A DNA stretch of 55,769 nucleotides from a virus (taxonomy: Duplodnaviria > Caudoviricetes), in IMG/VR virus record IMGVR_UViG_3300013137_000025, positions 1 through 55,769 of that record; one strand, given 5' to 3'. This document shows positions 38,393 through 48,526 of the stretch, one piece after another. Each line of letters begins with the position of its first letter. Within the stretch, counting starts at the first letter, position 1. Both the position numbers and the translations under genes were made by a program. Under the pieces are notes generated by a model, which made no database searches, was not told the DNA's origin, and saw only the letters and a list, made by a program, of their open reading frames with translations.

Positions 38393-41300
38393 TCACGCCG
38401 TCCCGTTGTAAGCCATCTCTTTTGCTACACTCTGGGCCACGCTCTTGGCCAAGGCCTCTGGACCATCTTGGCTCACGTAAACATCTCCCCCATTCGATAT
38501 ACTTATGGTAGGAGCTATGGTATATTGAGTTGGGCCACGGTTAATAGTAGTTCCAAAACTCCTCGATCTGCGAGCTTCTCGTTTCTTTTCGTCATCCCCA
38601 CCGAATCCATTAATCATCTGAGCAATTCCACCGATAATACCAGGTGCCGCCAGCGCAACTCCAACGGGACCACCCGCTGCCATCCCGGCCTGTATACTGG
38701 TTGCTATCTGCCCGGCCCCACTGATGAATCCATTCATGACTCGAAGTTCTTTGTCAAGGTTCATCCCCATCTTCCTCGCAGCTTTACTTATATTGCCAAA
38801 CTGTGATGTCCACGCTTGGCCAACCTCATTCATTCTGGTAATCCATTCAGTCTTATCCATGACATCATCAACTCTAAGCTGACGAGCCTCGGCTTTTTTA
38901 CCTCTCCCGGCTTTTTTGTTGATTGAGTCGAGTAGTGTTTGACCCTGTTTGTTCAACTGCCCTTCTTCACCACTTTGGAAGTCAGGATTAGCTCTTATTC
39001 TCGCCTCAAGATCCCCCCTTCTCTGATCTATGTTTCGCGAACTGATACTTGTTCTCATCTCAAGTGGCATCGATGATCCAAGCTCTTGACTCCACTCTGT
39101 CATTGTTGCCAGACTCTCTCTGGACTTCTCTATTACATTTCCAAGGTAGCCGATAATCATTTGGTTAAACTTTTCTTTGAACTCAAGAGTTAGTGTTGCT
39201 ATTTTTTCGTCCGAAAAATCTTCACTACTTCCAAGTTCAGCAGCTTTTATCTGTGTTTGTATATATTCGTCGCGACGTGCATTAAGACTGTCAACTGTTG
39301 CGACACCAACTCCAGAGTTTTTTGCAATTCCAATTTGCTCCTGCAATTTCAACTCGCTACTACTCAGTGCATTATTGGCCATTTCGTTATTCATTGGACT
39401 GACAATGGCTTGGTTGAGCTGTTCGTATCTTTGTAAAGTAAGGGCTATAGCCTCTTTGCTGTATTTGGATATTATTTCAAACCTTTCTGTTTCTGCTTTT
39501 GCAAGCTCTTCGGTGTGCTCCTTTTCTGCAATTGCTATGATTTCCCCGTTGCCGTTTGCGTTTTTCTTTGCTTCCGCCAGTTGCTGTTCGGCAAGAAGGA
39601 CAGCCATTTTGTATGACTCTTGCCCATATGTATCCAACTGACTTCCAAGCGTTTGATATATATTCCCCATCTCTGAAGCCGTAGCAGTGGATATGCTGCT
39701 TATTGTCTTAGATATGTCCCTTGCACTTTGACTGAAGTTAAATTCACTCGCAGCGATACCTTCTGGGGCATTTGGCGTAACAGCGGCCCCTGCCTGCGTG
39801 GCAAGGGTAGAAGTGGTAGCCGGGGCCGAGGCGACGGGGGCAGGGGCTGCGGGAGCCACAGGAGAAGAACTCGCTGCTATAGTTTCCGGAGCAGCTGGCG
39901 ACCCTGTCTCTGCGGCAGCCGGGGTCGGGGCGACGGAGGCAGCCGCCACGGTAGCCACAGGAGAAGAACTCGCTGCCACAGCTTCCGTATCAGCTGTCGG
40001 ATTATATGCATTCCGTATTGATTCTAACCTCTCATTCAGTCTTTCTGTCACCTGATCCAGAAGCGTGTGGGCATTAGGAAGGGTCCCAGCTTCCTCGAAC
40101 ATTTTAAGCAAAGTCATTTGTTGATACTCATCCGGATCCTTGCCTGTCAGCATGTCCCACGAAGCGCCACCATTCCGACCGAACATCGCTTCTATCTTCT
40201 TGACCCTCTGTTTGTCAGTATCATGTGCATCCATATCTATACCGGCAACGGATTTGTCATTAAGAAGCCGCAGGATTGCGTCAATATGTCTCCCGCCTTG
40301 GGTAGGACTGTTCCACCCAAAGTGTTCGTTGTTTAGTAAATAGTCTTGACTTACCCCACCCTCATTAGCAGCCATACTTAAAACTTGCTGGGCCTTGCGG
40401 TTTTCCGTATCAAACACAAGCCTTCCCCCAGCGTTTCCTAAAAACTCATTGGTATCCGGGTCTCTCTTGAACATCTCCCCTAAGTATGCAGTCCTTATTT
40501 CATCATCTCTCTTAATCCTGTCCTGAGTACTTTTATACTCAGCTATAAGAGTCTGATTCTCTGGAGAAGAAGATTTCACCCACAACTCGCGCCAATTCAC
40601 GGACTGGAGAGCTTGATTTAGAGCTTGATATGTCTCTGCGGCGGCCGGGGTCGAGGCGACGGAGGCAGCCGCCACGGGAGCCACAGGAGGAGAACTCGCT
40701 GCCAGAGTTTTCGGAGCAGCTGGCGACCCTGTCTCTGCGGCAGCCGGGGTCGGGGCGACGGAGGCAGCCGCCACGGGAGCCACAGGAGGAGAACTCGCTG
40801 CTATAGTTTTCGGAGCAGCTGACGACCCTGTCCCTACGGTGGCCGCAGATGGCAGCTTAAATGCCGCCTGTATTGATGCTCGAACTCTATCCGCCTCTCT
40901 CTGGGCCGAGGCTTGCTTGAGGAACAGTTCGATAAGGCGGTTTGTCAGGTCGATTTCTTTCTGGAGCAGGCTTAGTTTCTTTTGTCCGGCCTCTATTCGG
41001 AGTCTGTCTGATACAGACTCAATCTGTGCCTGTCGCTGCTCTTCGTTAGTGCGAAGCTGCGTCAGCATCAAAATGGTTCTATCAACCATTTCCACTTCTC
41101 TCAACCTACGCAATTCTGTTTCCGTTATACCCTCTCTACCCTCCTGTCTACTAACACTTGCAAGATGTCGTTCAAGGTCTCCAACGGTGACGCGATTCAT
41201 ATCATCTATCAATTTCCCGTCTTGTCCTCTCAATACGTTTCTAAGCTCTTGAAATTCATTTTCAATAACATCTTTTCTTGCGTCTGCCACTCTCTGTATT

Positions 41301-44300
41301 GCGGATATGTTTTCATTTATAAGCCGCTCTACGTTTATTGTTTCCACGCGGTTTTTGCTCACGGAACGCAGACTATTATTAAGCAATCTGTCTGCCTCAG
41401 CTTGAATTTGCTGAACCTTGGCACTGAGAATACGACCGTCCTGCTTTGCGTCAATTGCCTCTATCCCGAGGCGGTCCTGAGTGTGATATATATCTATGGC
41501 TTCATTATGTGCGTCACCTATTCCTGTTCCTTCGAAGTTTACTCCTGCCTGAGTCATTGAGGCTTTAATTGCAGCCATTCTCTTTTTGTGCTGTTCCATT
41601 GCATTGGCATATTCGCCATTAAATATTTCGATTCCCTCCTCTGCTATTCTATCAAAAATACCAGAAACATCACCAAGTCCCAACAAGTTCCCTCTTGTTA
41701 CCATGGCTGCATCAGATAACTCAAGAAGACTCTTGTTAAGAGCTTTGGCTTCAACCTCAGACAGAACGCTCTCCACAGTGACGGCTCTTTTCAATAAATC
41801 ACGAGCAAGCTCCGGGTTTTCTGCAATTGCTTTTTCTGTTATCTCTCTGTTCATTTCTCTGGCTTTTTTAAATAGCGGTCTCAATTCTTCGACCCACCTA
41901 TTTGCAATTATACTAATATCACTAATATTGTCACCGGCAGCTTCTATCAATCTTTTGTTACGATTTTGAATTTCGTCATATTCTCTTTGCAAAGAAGACA
42001 GGGAGTCTCCATACGTCGCCCTCATAGCTGCGTTTGAAATGGTGTGTCGACTATCAAACCTGTTACTACTTCTAGTAGCTTGGTTTCTCTTTTCAATAAC
42101 TGATTGCGAAGTGAGAGCAGTCAAAGGACTTCCATTAATTCCAGCGTTGCTTGCCTGCTCTAAAAGAAGTCTATCGGTTTTTCCCATTGCTTCCAATATA
42201 AGCAATTCGCCTAACTTAGCTGCGCCACCTATTGCACCTACAGCCCCCTTGAACAGCAGGGAGTTTGTTATCATCTCTCCAAAAGCCTTGTTCGCCCTCT
42301 CGACAGCCACGGCCATCTTGTCTACACTTCCGGCCGCTGTGTTAGACATGCGAGCAGCGTCACCTTGGAAAACGGTTGCCTCCTTGATAATTCCCTGAGT
42401 AATCAACATGACTTTTTGCTGCTCGGACATAGCCTCTGTGTTCAGCCCATAAAGAGCAGCCTGCTCTTTCAGGATGTTGGATATATTCTTTGTTATACCT
42501 GCGTTGTCCACCATTCTTGAAATCATGTTTTTAATACCATCCGTAGCACCGACAATAGCCTCGCCATATTCAAGGGTTCCTTGACGATTGAACGCAGCAG
42601 CATCTCTTAAAGCATTCAGTGTTTTGATGGATTGATCAAGACCAATTCCAGTAGACATCAAATTACGCAAAGCCTTCGTGGCATCGGTTAGCTTGAAGAT
42701 GCCATCCGAGGTGAGATTCGACACAGCTACATGCGTCTGTTCGGTGGATACATTGAACTTATGGCCCATACTTATGGTGCCCTGAATAGCCTCTTCGTAT
42801 TCAATGTAACTATTCATGGAATTCCTAATAGCATTTACCAATGGCCTGGTAGCAAAAGCAGCCAATAGGGCAAAGTTCCTGAATCTCGATATCGCAAGCC
42901 ATGCACCCTTGGCGGCATGAACAAGACGGAGCATGGCTTCGCTCTGTTCACCAAATACGCTATTGTATTTATCCGCAGCCTTAACGAGATCTTTCTCTTC
43001 TTCAGAAAGCGACTTATGAGTTCTGTGTCTGTCAATTACAACCTTCATAAGTCTTTTTTCTGCCATCGTAAGTTCGTCAAGAGATCTTACTTTTTGAGCT
43101 AAGGTTGATATGAGTTTCTTTTCACTCTCATTAAGTTCTACGTTCTGGCCAATCTGCTTTATTACAAGGTTTGTTTGCCTATTAATAGCATCTTTATCAC
43201 TTTTCTCTTTTGTTTTCCTCGCTGCTGAGTGTATTTTTTCTAAACGATTCTGATACTCTATATCAAGCGCCATCCTCCTTTCGGCAGCTTGCTGAAAAGT
43301 AATAAGCTCCTTGTCCCTAGCAGACGAGATTTCGTCAAGTCTGGCTTTATGGTACCTTTTCAATGCACCAACAGCTCTTGCTGTAACTTGGCCACTCCCC
43401 TCCGCAAGCGGAATAGCCTTCTCTGCTTCGGCCAAGGTTCTCTGTGTGTCTTCGACGTTATCAATAAGAGTTTGGTTGACTTTCTTGGCCTCAGCAACCC
43501 TCTGATTACTATGCTGCTTCTGGATAGCTGCGAGGCGATTGTTGGCCGCCGTCTCAACATTAGCCAGATCCGCCCCACCGCGCTTCGCAAGCTCAACCTG
43601 CTTATCGTGAAGCACCTGGGATGCCTTGATAGCATTCTGAACATTCTCGGACCGGGACTTCTCATCCGTAGACAAAGAGACAGCCTTTACCGCCTCTCGA
43701 TATCTCTCCCTCGCTACCTTGATCTCATCAACCAGTTCCTTGTTATCCCTCCTCGCAGCCTCCATCCTCCGGCGAGCCCCAGTTTCCTCAAGGGTGAGCA
43801 TCCGGCTTTGATGGGCTCGTTCGACAAGCTCTATTTGCCTCGCTGCTTGCTCCTGGGAGATCTTGCCATCCTTTGCAAGCGCCTCAAACATAGCCTTCCG
43901 TCTGTTGGCATAATCTTCAGAGGCCTGCCACCCAGCCAAAACAGCTTCGTCGCTACCATCTCTATGCCGAATCTCCTGGCTGGCAACGGTCAGCGTGCCT
44001 TTGGAGATATCACTCTCACGCCGGAGATTGTCTAATCTATTTCTATGTATACGATTATCAGATTGCTTTTGGGCAGCCTCAAATCTCGACAAAAATAGAA
44101 GCCGTTCGTTCTCAACTCTCTTTGCAAGCTCCTCATTTAGCGACTTCTGTGCTGCTGGTGTTATTTGCCCTCCTGTCTTAGCTTTTGTATAAACCCTCTT
44201 CATTAGTTTTTCATATTCGGTGAGACTTTCAAGTGTTGCCTTTCTGTCTTCGTCAGTTAATGTTCGAAGAGAAACGGCTGACGATTTCTTGAAAGAAGCG

Positions 44301-44740
44301 TAGGTAGCACCAGCCCTTTTTTCAAGCTCTATACGCTCTTTTTTACGTAACGCAAGCCGCTCGGCAATGTTCTTCTTCTGCTGCGCTTCTATTTTCCCGA
44401 CAGACCTCTCTGATGCATTTATTCCAGCGGTTAATGTTTTTATTTCTGATGACAATCCTTTAATTTCGTCTGCACTCTCTTTGGTGAGTCCCTGAGTAAG
44501 ACCAAATTCTTTCTTTAGCTCTTTTGCAGCCGCCGTTGCTTTAGTGATAGCTGCTGATAATTGGTCTCCATAAGTAGATATAGCTTCTACCTCACTATCT
44601 AATCCAGTTTCTTTTTCAAGTTTTCCGACTGTTACAATAAGCTCATCATACTTTTTCTTAAGCTCTGTCAAGGTTGCCAGCGCAGCCTGAGCCTCAAGAA
44701 CAAATCTCAAACTTGTGGTCGGATTAATTCCTTCTGCCAT
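38393..44740 (-). CDS. Tail tape measure protein
   Basis: 2115 aa, helical, follows chaperones; core AIVGATDGIKN..MVDNAGITKN. Confidence 0.92.
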   Translation of the reverse strand: MAEGINPTTSLRFVLEAQAALATLTELKKKYDELIVTVGKLEKETGLDSEVEAISTYGDQLSAAITKATAAAKELKKEFGLTQGLTKESADEIKGLSSEIKTLTAGINASERSVGKIEAQQKKNIAERLALRKKERIELEKRAGATYASFKKSSAVSLRTLTDEDRKATLESLTEYEKLMKRVYTKAKTGGQITPAAQKSLNEELAKRVENERLLFLSRFEAAQKQSDNRIHRNRLDNLRRESDISKGTLTVASQEIRHRDGSDEAVLAGWQASEDYANRRKAMFEALAKDGKISQEQAARQIELVERAHQSRMLTLEETGARRRMEAARRDNKELVDEIKVARERYREAVKAVSLSTDEKSRSENVQNAIKASQVLHDKQVELAKRGGADLANVETAANNRLAAIQKQHSNQRVAEAKKVNQTLIDNVEDTQRTLAEAEKAIPLAEGSGQVTARAVGALKRYHKARLDEISSARDKELITFQQAAERRMALDIEYQNRLEKIHSAARKTKEKSDKDAINRQTNLVIKQIGQNVELNESEKKLISTLAQKVRSLDELTMAEKRLMKVVIDRHRTHKSLSEEEKDLVKAADKYNSVFGEQSEAMLRLVHAAKGAWLAISRFRNFALLAAFATRPLVNAIRNSMNSYIEYEEAIQGTISMGHKFNVSTEQTHVAVSNLTSDGIFKLTDATKALRNLMSTGIGLDQSIKTLNALRDAAAFNRQGTLEYGEAIVGATDGIKNMISRMVDNAGITKNISNILKEQAALYGLNTEAMSEQQKVMLITQGIIKEATVFQGDAARMSNTAAGSVDKMAVAVERANKAFGEMITNSLLFKGAVGAIGGAAKLGELLILEAMGKTDRLLLEQASNAGINGSPLTALTSQSVIEKRNQATRSSNRFDSRHTISNAAMRATYGDSLSSLQREYDEIQNRNKRLIEAAGDNISDISIIANRWVEELRPLFKKAREMNREITEKAIAENPELARDLLKRAVTVESVLSEVEAKALNKSLLELSDAAMVTRGNLLGLGDVSGIFDRIAEEGIEIFNGEYANAMEQHKKRMAAIKASMTQAGVNFEGTGIGDAHNEAIDIYHTQDRLGIEAIDAKQDGRILSAKVQQIQAEADRLLNNSLRSVSKNRVETINVERLINENISAIQRVADARKDVIENEFQELRNVLRGQDGKLIDDMNRVTVGDLERHLASVSRQEGREGITETELRRLREVEMVDRTILMLTQLRTNEEQRQAQIESVSDRLRIEAGQKKLSLLQKEIDLTNRLIELFLKQASAQREADRVRASIQAAFKLPSAATVGTGSSAAPKTIAASSPPVAPVAAASVAPTPAAAETGSPAAPKTLAASSPPVAPVAAASVASTPAAAETYQALNQALQSVNWRELWVKSSSPENQTLIAEYKSTQDRIKRDDEIRTAYLGEMFKRDPDTNEFLGNAGGRLVFDTENRKAQQVLSMAANEGGVSQDYLLNNEHFGWNSPTQGGRHIDAILRLLNDKSVAGIDMDAHDTDKQRVKKIEAMFGRNGGASWDMLTGKDPDEYQQMTLLKMFEEAGTLPNAHTLLDQVTERLNERLESIRNAYNPTADTEAVAASSSPVATVAAASVAPTPAAAETGSPAAPETIAASSSPVAPAAPAPVASAPATTSTLATQAGAAVTPNAPEGIAASEFNFSQSARDISKTISSISTATASEMGNIYQTLGSQLDTYGQESYKMAVLLAEQQLAEAKKNANGNGEIIAIAEKEHTEELAKAETERFEIISKYSKEAIALTLQRYEQLNQAIVSPMNNEMANNALSSSELKLQEQIGIAKNSGVGVATVDSLNARRDEYIQTQIKAAELGSSEDFSDEKIATLTLEFKEKFNQMIIGYLGNVIEKSRESLATMTEWSQELGSSMPLEMRTSISSRNIDQRRGDLEARIRANPDFQSGEEGQLNKQGQTLLDSINKKAGRGKKAEARQLRVDDVMDKTEWITRMNEVGQAWTSQFGNISKAARKMGMNLDKELRVMNGFISGAGQIATSIQAGMAAGGPVGVALAAPGIIGGIAQMINGFGGDDEKKREARRSRSFGTTINRGPTQYTIAPTISISNGGDVYVSQDGPEALAKSVAQSVAKEMAYNGTA
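39820..40830. repeat. Four about 99-bp Ala/Pro/Ser/Thr repeats in two pairs inside the tape measure gene
   Basis: Pairs at about 39820-39985 and 40632-40830 (AAPKTIAASSPPVAPVAAASVAPTPAAAETGSP). Confidence 0.9.
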
Positions 44741-44745
44741 TCCAT

Positions 44746-45291
44746 TTACCTCTTCGAGTGCTCTTCTGCCTTGCGCTGAGCTTCTTCCATGGCGTTGCGC
44801 TCATACATATTTTTGGTGCCCCTAACAATCGCGAACGCCTCAAGAAGATCTGTTAATTCGATGTCGAACCCCAGGACTTGACTTCTAATCTCTGGATCAT
44901 TAATGTTTACGTGATATTGGGTAACCTCTGATTCCGCCTCGATCAGTTTTTCGGCAACCTCATCAACGAATGCCTCGATACACACCGGCTTGAAAGTAGT
45001 TGTCATGATTTGATAAGCGGAATATTCAGGAAGGGCAAGTTGTAGGTTCCACAATTCCATCAACAATCCATCTTCATCAAGTTCCCTATGCTCTACTACA
45101 GGATGTTTCGTGGCATCAAGCTGTTGACGTCCATTGTCGTCGAACCGGGGGATTGGAATCACGGGATCCCCCATGGTCTCCATGAGTTCTGGGTATCTGT
45201 AGCATACCCGTTTCTCAAACAACTTCTTCTTGTAGCATACAGCACAGGAGAAGTCCTTCATACGTGATGCCCGTTCGGTTTTCCACATCAC
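44746..45291 (-). CDS. Tail assembly chaperone, GT-type frameshift extension
   Basis: Lies in the -1 frame after the A8 run of the upstream gene with no intervening stop. Confidence 0.75.
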   Translation of the reverse strand: MMWKTERASRMKDFSCAVCYKKKLFEKRVCYRYPELMETMGDPVIPIPRFDDNGRQQLDATKHPVVEHRELDEDGLLMELWNLQLALPEYSAYQIMTTTFKPVCIEAFVDEVAEKLIEAESEVTQYHVNINDPEIRSQVLGFDIELTDLLEAFAIVRGTKNMYERNAMEEAQRKAEEHSKR

Positions 45292-45308
45292 GTACCAGGT
45301 TAACAGCT

Positions 45309-45740
45309 CTAGCTTTTTTTTAGCCCCGCAGTGAGTGTGACGGGGTCATTCACGGCATTCGCCAGTTCCATGAGAACTGAGTTGGGAAGATCTCTGGCAA
45401 CCTCGACCAGCAGTTCTGGGGTATCGATCACATCGATGAACCCCCTCTCATTAGCTCTCTCGAAAATGGCCGGGTGGGTCTCGTAGAAGTCGTCACTGAA
45501 GGAGTAATTCTCGATCTTCTTGCAGTAGTCCAGAAACGACTCCCTATCCGCCTTGTCCATAGCCAGAGGATCCATGTCTCCAGATCGATTGTCCCTCATG
45601 GCTCTGGAATACTTGATGCTTGACTTGTTTGCCCGTTCGTGATTGCGAGGAACCAGGTAGAAAACCGTCTGAAGCTCAGAGGCTTCCGCCCGATCCATCT
45701 CGCAGATGTACGGCTTAGGCTTGCTGCCAATCCCCTTCAT
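45309..45740 (-). CDS. Tail assembly chaperone (gpG-like)
   Basis: Between tube and tape measure genes; ends CTA AAA AAA AGC TAG. Confidence 0.8.
   Translation of the reverse strand: MKGIGSKPKPYICEMDRAEASELQTVFYLVPRNHERANKSSIKYSRAMRDNRSGDMDPLAMDKADRESFLDYCKKIENYSFSDDFYETHPAIFERANERGFIDVIDTPELLVEVARDLPNSVLMELANAVNDPVTLTAGLKKS
45314..45321 (-). promoter_or_regulatory. Programmed -1 frameshift slippery site A AAA AAA
   Basis: -1 slip reads KLELLTWYVMWKT into ORF 44746-45291. Confidence 0.75.
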
Positions 45741-45772
45741 TTTCTCTCTCCTTGCGTGAAGTTTATGTTGTG

Positions 45773-47104
45773 TTACGTGGGCCTTGTTCCGGCGTAGGTG
45801 AGACCAGTATGTTCATACCACTGCATCTTAAGGGCTTTCTGGACTACAGTGTTGCCTTCACGGATATCAGCCCCAGTGAAGTTGATGGTCAACATGGTTT
45901 CGTCGGCATTCTCATCAGGAACCCCCTTCAGGAGTGCCCCGATCCCAATATGAACATCACCTTCATTATGACTCGCGTCGTCTATGTCAACCATAGACCC
46001 CATAGTAGCTGTCGACACACCTGTTCCTGGGGCAACATTCCATGCATTGTCTGTTTGTGGGAACCAGAACAAATTGATCGGAAGCGGGATCACTGCTTCG
46101 GAGTCGTAGGAAAGCAAGTCCGCAAGATAGGTTCCCCCAACTGTCCCACTACCGTAAGGAATGCTAATGCTACCCTCGACCGTGTAACCACCCACAACAA
46201 ATCGACGCGGGGTTCGGCTGTTATACCGAACAGGAATCATATTAGCCGTTACCGTCAACTCGAAGTTGGTGGCTTCAACAGCGTAGTGAGCACTGACAGT
46301 ATCACTGGGAGTAGCCATGTATCCTATGGTAACAAAAGCATCCTGCCACATGAGCGGGTTTATCTCGGGATATTTTACCGAGATCGCCGTTCCTACGGAA
46401 TCAGTGATTCCTGTTGCTGGTCCAGAAGATCCGAACTCATTATGAAAATCATGAGTAGAATACTGCCTGCCCATGATATCAAAAGTGCACTTGAGAGGTT
46501 CGTTCTCTGAACCAGACAATACCATCCTGGTTACCACCCCATCAGAAATCACTTCTCCCAATGGGAAATCCTGAGTCTTGAATGCCGAAATGAAGTAGTA
46601 AGGAGTTGCGTCATCTTCGGCGTCCTGAAACTGGAATACCATGTTCTTCGTTGTGGCCCCGTCCTCAAACCCCCGCTGAAACAGTGCAGCCAAAAACGGA
46701 AGTGCTGTATGTCTCTCGAAGTCAAACTCGAACGAGGTAGTAGGGGCTATGATGCCCTTCAGGAAGTTGTACCCCGTACCAGCCGTGGGAACTGGGGTTC
46801 CAATGGCTTTGTTATATTCGTTGATTTCCTGCCCCATCTCAAACACAGGACGATTAGTGACAGGGACTCCAAACATCTCAGAGGTCCTCTTCCAATAATT
46901 GGTTCCATCCATCGCATACGGAAGAGGAATTCCAAGTGTTCCAGTGCCATCAGCACCAGTGCAGAACAAATCGCACCCATAGGTGGTCAAAACCCCTGCA
47001 TTGGTGACACTCGCAGCGGTGGCACTTGTATCAAACAAGTCGAGATCAAGACCCTCTCTTACAGCCACTCCATACATTTGGTTCCAAGGGACAACGACGC
47101 CCAT
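45773..47104 (-). CDS. Major tail tube protein, paralogue 2
   Basis: Position before chaperones; near-identical blocks with upstream paralogue. Confidence 0.75.
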   Translation of the reverse strand: MGVVVPWNQMYGVAVREGLDLDLFDTSATAASVTNAGVLTTYGCDLFCTGADGTGTLGIPLPYAMDGTNYWKRTSEMFGVPVTNRPVFEMGQEINEYNKAIGTPVPTAGTGYNFLKGIIAPTTSFEFDFERHTALPFLAALFQRGFEDGATTKNMVFQFQDAEDDATPYYFISAFKTQDFPLGEVISDGVVTRMVLSGSENEPLKCTFDIMGRQYSTHDFHNEFGSSGPATGITDSVGTAISVKYPEINPLMWQDAFVTIGYMATPSDTVSAHYAVEATNFELTVTANMIPVRYNSRTPRRFVVGGYTVEGSISIPYGSGTVGGTYLADLLSYDSEAVIPLPINLFWFPQTDNAWNVAPGTGVSTATMGSMVDIDDASHNEGDVHIGIGALLKGVPDENADETMLTINFTGADIREGNTVVQKALKMQWYEHTGLTYAGTRPT

Positions 47105-47131
47105 GATCCACGCTCCTGTTCTTTTAGGTTA

Positions 47132-48505
47132 TTACCTTGTGAAGTAGTCGTGAGCAACCGTGTCTAGCCAAGACAAGCGGAAAGCTTTGGCTGTCACCGT
47201 GTTGCCAGATCGAATGTCCGCTCCGGTGAAGTTGAGCGTGATCATGGTCTCATCAGCATTCTCGTCAGGGGCAGCCTTGGGCAACGCCCCAACTCCAATG
47301 TGCAAATCTCCAACAGCGTGATCTTCATCGCTTACACTTCCATACTGCATATTCCTCAAGTAGCCCATGTCCGTTGTGTCAATACTCGTTCCAGGTACCG
47401 TAGTCCCAACGGCTGTCAGAAGAGTCGAGCTACTGAGCCAGAATATATCAATCGGAATGGGCCTGATTACACTTGTGTTTTCCATAATCAACTCAGCCAA
47501 ATAAGTCCCCCCAACCGTGGTTGATCCATAGGGGAACGAAATACTTCCCTCTACAGTATACCCGGACACCACAAACCGTCTGGGCATTCTGCTATTGTTT
47601 CTAATCGGAACAAGATTAGCTGTAACCGTAATCTCAAAACTCGAAGCTTCGACAACAAGGTGACTTTGTATCGTGCTTTCGAGTGTGGCACCATCAAGAT
47701 AGTTACCAATGCACACTATGCAATCCTGAAACATCAAGGGGTTTATCTCGTTATATTCAATACCAATGTGATCATCTGCTGTCACAATTCCAAGAGCCGG
47801 GGCAGTCCCGGCTGTCCCAAATTCATTCGCAAAATCATGAGTGGAATACTGTCGGCCCAACAGATCAAAGGTACACTTGATGGGCTCATTTTCGGTTCCA
47901 GACAACACCATTCTGGTTACAATGGCGTCCGAAATGAGTTCGCCATAAGGAAAATCTTGAGTCTTGGCAACCGACAGGAACTCACTTGGAGTCGGAGCAG
48001 CGGCACTGGTGGGACACTGGAATAGATACTCCTGACCATCATACGCTACGAGTCCACCAACGTCGAACTTGGTAATTGATGCCCCTCTTTGGAATGTAGC
48101 AAACAAGAAAGGCATCGCGGTATACTTCTCGAAGTCAAACTCGAACGAGGTCGTCGGGCCAATACTCCCCTTCAGGAAGTTATAACCTGTTCCTGCTGTA
48201 GGTACGGGAGTGCCAATGGCCTTGCTATACTCATTAACTTCCTGTCCCATCTCAAACACAGGACGGTTAGTAACAGGAACTCCAAACACCTCGTCAGCAT
48301 GAGCCCAGCTTGTCCCTGTCGGTATCCCATAAGATCCAGCAGGAGTATCGGGGTCTCCAGGACAAAACAACCATCTACCTTGAGTACTAACAACTCCAGC
48401 ATTAGTGACAGTCGCCATGTCTGTCCCTGCGAGGTGCTCACTCAGGTCTACATTCCGGCGCAACGCAACCGCATACAGTTGATTCCAAGGGACTACGGTT
48501 CCCAT
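47132..48505 (-). CDS. Major tail tube protein, paralogue 1
   Basis: Shares FGVPVTNRPVFEMGQE..EY.KAIGTPVPTAGTGYNFLKG and PDENADETM with next gene. Confidence 0.75.
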   Translation of the reverse strand: MGTVVPWNQLYAVALRRNVDLSEHLAGTDMATVTNAGVVSTQGRWLFCPGDPDTPAGSYGIPTGTSWAHADEVFGVPVTNRPVFEMGQEVNEYSKAIGTPVPTAGTGYNFLKGSIGPTTSFEFDFEKYTAMPFLFATFQRGASITKFDVGGLVAYDGQEYLFQCPTSAAAPTPSEFLSVAKTQDFPYGELISDAIVTRMVLSGTENEPIKCTFDLLGRQYSTHDFANEFGTAGTAPALGIVTADDHIGIEYNEINPLMFQDCIVCIGNYLDGATLESTIQSHLVVEASSFEITVTANLVPIRNNSRMPRRFVVSGYTVEGSISFPYGSTTVGGTYLAELIMENTSVIRPIPIDIFWLSSSTLLTAVGTTVPGTSIDTTDMGYLRNMQYGSVSDEDHAVGDLHIGVGALPKAAPDENADETMITLNFTGADIRSGNTVTAKAFRLSWLDTVAHDYFTR

Positions 48506-48526
48506 AACGTCTGTTCCTTTCCGGTC

